Part shown: piece after piece, positions 60,079-64,000 of the stretch
Layout of the letters: the number at the start of each line of letters is the position of its first letter
Position numbering within the stretch: position 1 is the first letter of the stretch
NCBI GenBank assembly: GCA_054600435.1
Contig: BAAIJX010000032.1
Span: 124,001-188,000, forward strand
Direction of reading: 5' to 3'
DNA: 64,000 nucleotides
DNA from: Neophaeotheca triangularis
Taxonomy: Eukaryota
The notes under the pieces: model-generated
What the model was told of the DNA's origin: nothing
Databases searched by the model: none
What the model saw: the letters and a program-made list of their open reading frames with translations, nothing else
Program-made: the position numbers and the translations under genes

Positions 60079-61350
60079 ATGTCCAATCTTTCCCCGCTGG
60101 GCGCCGAGCTGGCCGCGTTGCCCTCCTTTCGCAACATGCTCGAATCCGTAACTGCAGACGCCTATAGCGAGTCCAACCCCAATGGCTTCGTCAACCTAGG
60201 CGCCGCCGAGAACTTTCTAATGCTCGACACCATGTCCGGCTTCGTCAACCAACATCTCTCAACTACTGCCAATGATTTTAGCTACGGCAGCGGACCATGG
60301 GGATCAGCCAAACTCCGCGCCCTCATGGCCAAACACATCAACAAGCGCTTCCACCCAGTTGAGGAAGTGCACGCCTCCAACCTCATCTTCGCCAACGGCG
60401 TCACAAGCCTCTGCGAAATGCTAGGCTTCGTAATCGCCACCCCGGGCGACGGCATCCTCCTCAGCAGACCCATCTACCAAGCCTTCCAAATCGACTTCGG
60501 CACCAAAGCGCGCGTAAAGTGCGTCTACGCCTCCTTCCAAGGAACCGACCAATTCGCGCCAAGCGCAGCACAACACTACGAACGCACTCTCGAAGAGGCC
60601 GAAGCCCACGGGACCCGAATCCGCGCTCTCCTCCTCTGTCACCCGCACAACCCACTAGGCCAAAGCTACCCGCGAGAAACAATCATTGAGGTGATGAAAC
60701 TGTGCGAAAGGCGCAAAATCCATTTATTCATGGACGAAATCTACGCCCTCTCCGTCTACAAAGTCGCCTCGGAACCGACCGCTACGCCCTTCACCAGCTC
60801 ACTCGCTTTCCCCAGCGGCGACTACATTTCCCCCGAGCGGCTGCACTTGCTCTACGGTTTGAGCAAAGACTTCGCGGCTGGAGGTCTGAGGTTGGGCTGT
60901 CTGTACACGCGGAATGCCGAGCTCATGGCCGCCATGTCGGCTTGTACGCAATTTCACTGGTCGGGCGCTGGGAACGAGCGGATTGCCGAAGCCGTACTCG
61001 GGGATGATGAGTTTTTGGACGGCTTCTTTGCGACGTCGGCGGAGAGGCTGGGCGAGCGTAATGCGCTGGTGCGGTCGTTGCTTGATGACAAGGGTATTGG
61101 GTACCATCGGGGCGCTAATGCTGGGTTTTTCCTGTGGGTTGATTTGCGGCCCTATCTGGGAGTGACTGGCAAAGAGGATAAGGAGGCTGAAGAGGTCTTG
61201 ATGCAGAGGTTCATGGACAACAAGCTGGCTCTAACACCCGGCCTGAGCATGTCTGCGGAAGAGCCAGGGTGGTTTAGGATTGTCTTTACGCGGAGTGAGG
61301 AAGAGATGCGTTTAGCCATGCAAAGGCTGTTTCGTGCCTGTGGTATCTAA
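60079..61350 (+). CDS. PLP-dependent class I aminotransferase, ACC-synthase-like
   Basis: NPNGFVNLGAAENFLM, CHPHNPLG, DEIYALS, YGLSKDF (PLP Lys) GGLRLG and EEPGWFRIVF. Confidence 0.85.
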   Translation: MSNLSPLGAELAALPSFRNMLESVTADAYSESNPNGFVNLGAAENFLMLDTMSGFVNQHLSTTANDFSYGSGPWGSAKLRALMAKHINKRFHPVEEVHASNLIFANGVTSLCEMLGFVIATPGDGILLSRPIYQAFQIDFGTKARVKCVYASFQGTDQFAPSAAQHYERTLEEAEAHGTRIRALLLCHPHNPLGQSYPRETIIEVMKLCERRKIHLFMDEIYALSVYKVASEPTATPFTSSLAFPSGDYISPERLHLLYGLSKDFAAGGLRLGCLYTRNAELMAAMSACTQFHWSGAGNERIAEAVLGDDEFLDGFFATSAERLGERNALVRSLLDDKGIGYHRGANAGFFLWVDLRPYLGVTGKEDKEAEEVLMQRFMDNKLALTPGLSMSAEEPGWFRIVFTRSEEEMRLAMQRLFRACGI

Positions 61351-61403
61351 TACATCCAACCGTCAAGTTTACCCCATTCCCCGGCATCAGCTTTGTCTAG
61401 TCA

Positions 61404-64000
61404 TCACTTTCCCCCAGCCCGCCCCTTCTTACCACGCCCAGTCTTGACAAACAGCGGCCGGCATTCCTCACAATACCACTTCTCGCTCTCCTCAGGCGCT
61501 TCCTTGAGCTCGGTGCAACCGAGATGAAACCATTCCCTCACACAATTGTCGTTGTCACATGCAACCATTTCGCCATAGCTTCCGCGCTGGCAATAGCAAT
61601 ACTTGGGTTCAGAGGGATCGTCAGGGTCATGATCGGATTCGATTTCTGAAAGCTCGGGCTCGGGCTCTGCCTCTGGTATCTGCTCGATAGTGCTGTCGTT
61701 GTGGTCGGGGGTTGGGGACGGATTGCGAGGTTCTGGCACTGGAGATTCTGGTCGGGAAGATGGCATGGCTTGATCCATCTCGGCGTTTGTCGTACGGGGC
61801 CGTGATGGTCGCTGTGACCGCGGCCTTTCTTCGAGTTCCGGTGAAGAAGGCGGTGGCGACGGGTTTGTTCGTCGGCGTGTAGATGAGGGCCGACTGCGGC
61901 TTGGGCGCTCTCGAGGCTCACCATCGTGGCTGCGCTCGGCACCGTTGAGGCTTCTAGCATCATCGTCCATGTCTTCGTCGTCGTCGCGCTCGTTGCTCTG
62001 ATGCCTGTCAAGGTCTGGGCTACGATTGAAAGGTGCAAGTTGCTTGACAAGATGACTGTTGCTGCCATGCCCATTCCTCCGATGCTTGCTGCTGGCGCCC
62101 TGCTCCCGCGGCTCAGACGAACTACTATCTTGCCCATTGCGCAGACTCCTGGCACTTCGAGTTCGTAACAAAGGCACGTCGTTGAAGCCCTGATTACGAG
62201 GCGTACCAGTGTTGGATGCTCGACCAGCTTTGCCAGAATTTGACCGGGAAGGCATATTTGGGCGTTCAGTGTCTACTTCCTCCTCTTTCATGGGATCCTT
62301 CTCTGTTGTGGCCTTTGCACTAGCATTCTCTGCATCCCTGGCCGCTTGCTCTGCCTTTTCATCTTTGGCTGCCTGCTCTTCAGCTTCAGCTTGGGCTTGT
62401 GCTTGGGCTTGTGCTTGTGCTTGTGCTTGTGCTTGGGCTTGGGCCTGAGCTTGCGCTTGTGCTTGTGCTTGAGCTTGAGCCTCAGCTTGCGCCTGAGCCT
62501 GAGCCTGAGCCTGGGCATGAGCTTGGGCCTGGGACTGCGTTTGAGCTTGAGACTGTCCCTGAGCCTTCTTCTTGCCTGAACCCTTCTCCCCTTCATTCTT
62601 CGTCTTTCCTGCAGCTGATGAGGGCCGACTGGTTTCTCCTTCTGCCACTCGGGAATGTGCCAAATTCGTGGCTGAGCTGTTTTGCCGCAGACGTGTGCTC
62701 TGCAACCTTCCGGAAGGTGGAGGCTCCATCGCGGTCGGAAAGGAGGAAGCCAACGGGCTGCTCGCCAGAGCTGGACTGTTCTGAGCTGACACAATACCCT
62801 TTCTCTTCGTGGGGGCCGGCCCTGGCTTGGCTTTCGTCGCCTTTTTGGCGGGCTCAACTGCTGGTGTACTTCGTGGTGTCTCTTTACCGGCTTTCGCACC
62901 CTTCCCTGCACCGCTCGCAGAGCGTGCCATGGCCGGAGCAGCAGCGGCGGCAGCGGCAACCGCCTTTTCCGCAGGCTTGCGTTTCCTGGTTGGCTCTCCA
63001 TTTGTGGAGATTCCCAACCCCGCCGGTGTAGATTGCGCCGCCGTTTTGCCCTTGCCTCCTTTTGCGCCTTTACGAGGCTTATTGTTGTTATTGTTGGGGT
63101 TGTTGTCGTCGAAGTCGGAATCAAGTTGATCCTTTGTACGCTTTCCTTGCTTTTCTCTGGCAGTCTCCCTGCCGGCGTCTCGTCTGGCTTGCATAATCTC
63201 AGTCTCATGTATGGCGTTGGCTGCGGCGGCCAGGCTGTTCGTGGCGGCTACATCTCGTCTGTTTCGTTCGTTGCCTGTGTTGCCAACGGGCTTCTTCTGT
63301 CTGTTCTCGCTGTACGCCCAATGGGTCATGCTACCCAGGCGAGCCTCCTCACTGATCTCGCCTTCTACGTGCGGTATTACGCTTTCGACGCGTGACAGCT
63401 GCGTAGCCAATACTCGGTTCGCTTCGGCAAGCACGACATTCTTCTCATCCAAGTTAGCTAGCATCTCGTGCGTCAACAGCCTGAGCTCGTGAAACTGCTT
63501 TCGTCTTGCAAAGTCGTCTTCGGCGTCGGTAGCTACACCCTCATCGCCTGTCACCGAGCCTCCGACGCTATTGTTCGCACTCAAATGCCCCGCAGACGGC
63601 GCTGCGCCGTTGACCATGCTGACCCGCGCGCTGCCGTTCATGCTGTTGTTGGCAGTGAGGCTCAGCATTCCCCGCGCGACACCCATGGCATCCCCAGAGC
63701 CCGGTGCGAGCTTCTTTGGTGGGACTGGTAGTTGCAGCGCGCCCTCCAGCATGTCACCGAGTCGCTCAGTGGGACCGTGGATTTTGGCTTCAACCTCCTT
63801 CATCAGTGTGAAATGCTTCATGACTTCTCTTGGGAGAGCTGAGATGGCGTCTGTGAAGTACTGAATTGCTGGAAAGAAGCCTGGAGGGGCATTGTCCGTG
63901 GCACTGTCGTCGGCAGCAGAGGCAGCGAAGGTTGCAAAAGGACGAGCATAGTAGTTGGCGGGGCGGGCAGTGTTGGTTCGCACGACGCGTCCGGAGGCTC
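61404..64000 (-). CDS. ING-family PHD-finger chromatin protein (Pho23/Yng-like), 5' end outside the window
   Basis: ING N-terminal helices (FTDAISALPREVMKHFTLMKEVEAK, LDEKNVVL) and C-terminal PHD YCYCQRGSYGEMVACDNDNCVREWFHLGC..KWYCEEC. Confidence 0.88.
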   Translation of the reverse strand, partial: ASGRVVRTNTARPANYYARPFATFAASAADDSATDNAPPGFFPAIQYFTDAISALPREVMKHFTLMKEVEAKIHGPTERLGDMLEGALQLPVPPKKLAPGSGDAMGVARGMLSLTANNSMNGSARVSMVNGAAPSAGHLSANNSVGGSVTGDEGVATDAEDDFARRKQFHELRLLTHEMLANLDEKNVVLAEANRVLATQLSRVESVIPHVEGEISEEARLGSMTHWAYSENRQKKPVGNTGNERNRRDVAATNSLAAAANAIHETEIMQARRDAGRETAREKQGKRTKDQLDSDFDDNNPNNNNNKPRKGAKGGKGKTAAQSTPAGLGISTNGEPTRKRKPAEKAVAAAAAAAPAMARSASGAGKGAKAGKETPRSTPAVEPAKKATKAKPGPAPTKRKGIVSAQNSPALASSPLASSFPTAMEPPPSGRLQSTRLRQNSSATNLAHSRVAEGETSRPSSAAGKTKNEGEKGSGKKKAQGQSQAQTQSQAQAHAQAQAQAQAQAEAQAQAQAQAQAQAQAQAQAQAQAQAQAQAQAEAEEQAAKDEKAEQAARDAENASAKATTEKDPMKEEEVDTERPNMPSRSNSGKAGRASNTGTPRNQGFNDVPLLRTRSARSLRNGQDSSSSEPREQGASSKHRRNGHGSNSHLVKQLAPFNRSPDLDRHQSNERDDDEDMDDDARSLNGAERSHDGEPRERPSRSRPSSTRRRTNPSPPPSSPELEERPRSQRPSRPRTTNAEMDQAMPSSRPESPVPEPRNPSPTPDHNDSTIEQIPEAEPEPELSEIESDHDPDDPSEPKYCYCQRGSYGEMVACDNDNCVREWFHLGCTELKEAPEESEKWYCEECRPLFVKTGRGKKGRAGGK
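62388..62560 (-). repeat. Hexamer coding repeat, poly-(Gln-Ala)
   Basis: (GCTCAG/GCACAA/GCCCAA)n encodes QAQAQA... in the ING protein. Confidence 0.9.

Overview
Eukaryotic, intron-containing DNA from a filamentous ascomycete. The gene content, ~55-70 nt GT-AG introns, RIP damage and an ayg1 melanin gene suggest a melanised Pezizomycotina, possibly a Dothideomycete. About 21 ordinary protein-coding genes are present: SET-domain protein, cdc4, mitochondrial citrate carrier, MCU, stn1, two secreted proteins, MFS transporter, epsin, DnaJ, rib2-like deaminase, SnoaL/NTF2-like protein, DUF1992, fbp1, centrin, ayg1, Usp, DUF1989, dlt1, bZIP, ACC-synthase-like aminotransferase and ING/PHD. A 5.6 kb RIP-mutated DNA transposon with perfect 40-bp TIRs and an IS3/IS481-like DDE relic sits at 25624-31236. 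The standout is an accessory-looking block at about 45.5-52.4 kb. It holds two apparently intact tRNA-Ser(GCT) genes (47624-47782 and 50103-50324) that carry the normal 37/38 tRNA intron and are also split by 55-58 nt inserts with full spliceosomal signals (GTATGY/GTAATT ... CTAAC ... AG). Removing those inserts at the GT/AG boundaries rebuilds fully paired 81-nt cloverleaves. A third, decayed tRNA-Ser on the minus strand appears to carry a 55-nt GT-AG insert in its acceptor stem, and a GIY-YIG nuclease pseudogene lies just downstream. All protein calls come from motif recognition only; no database searches were run.
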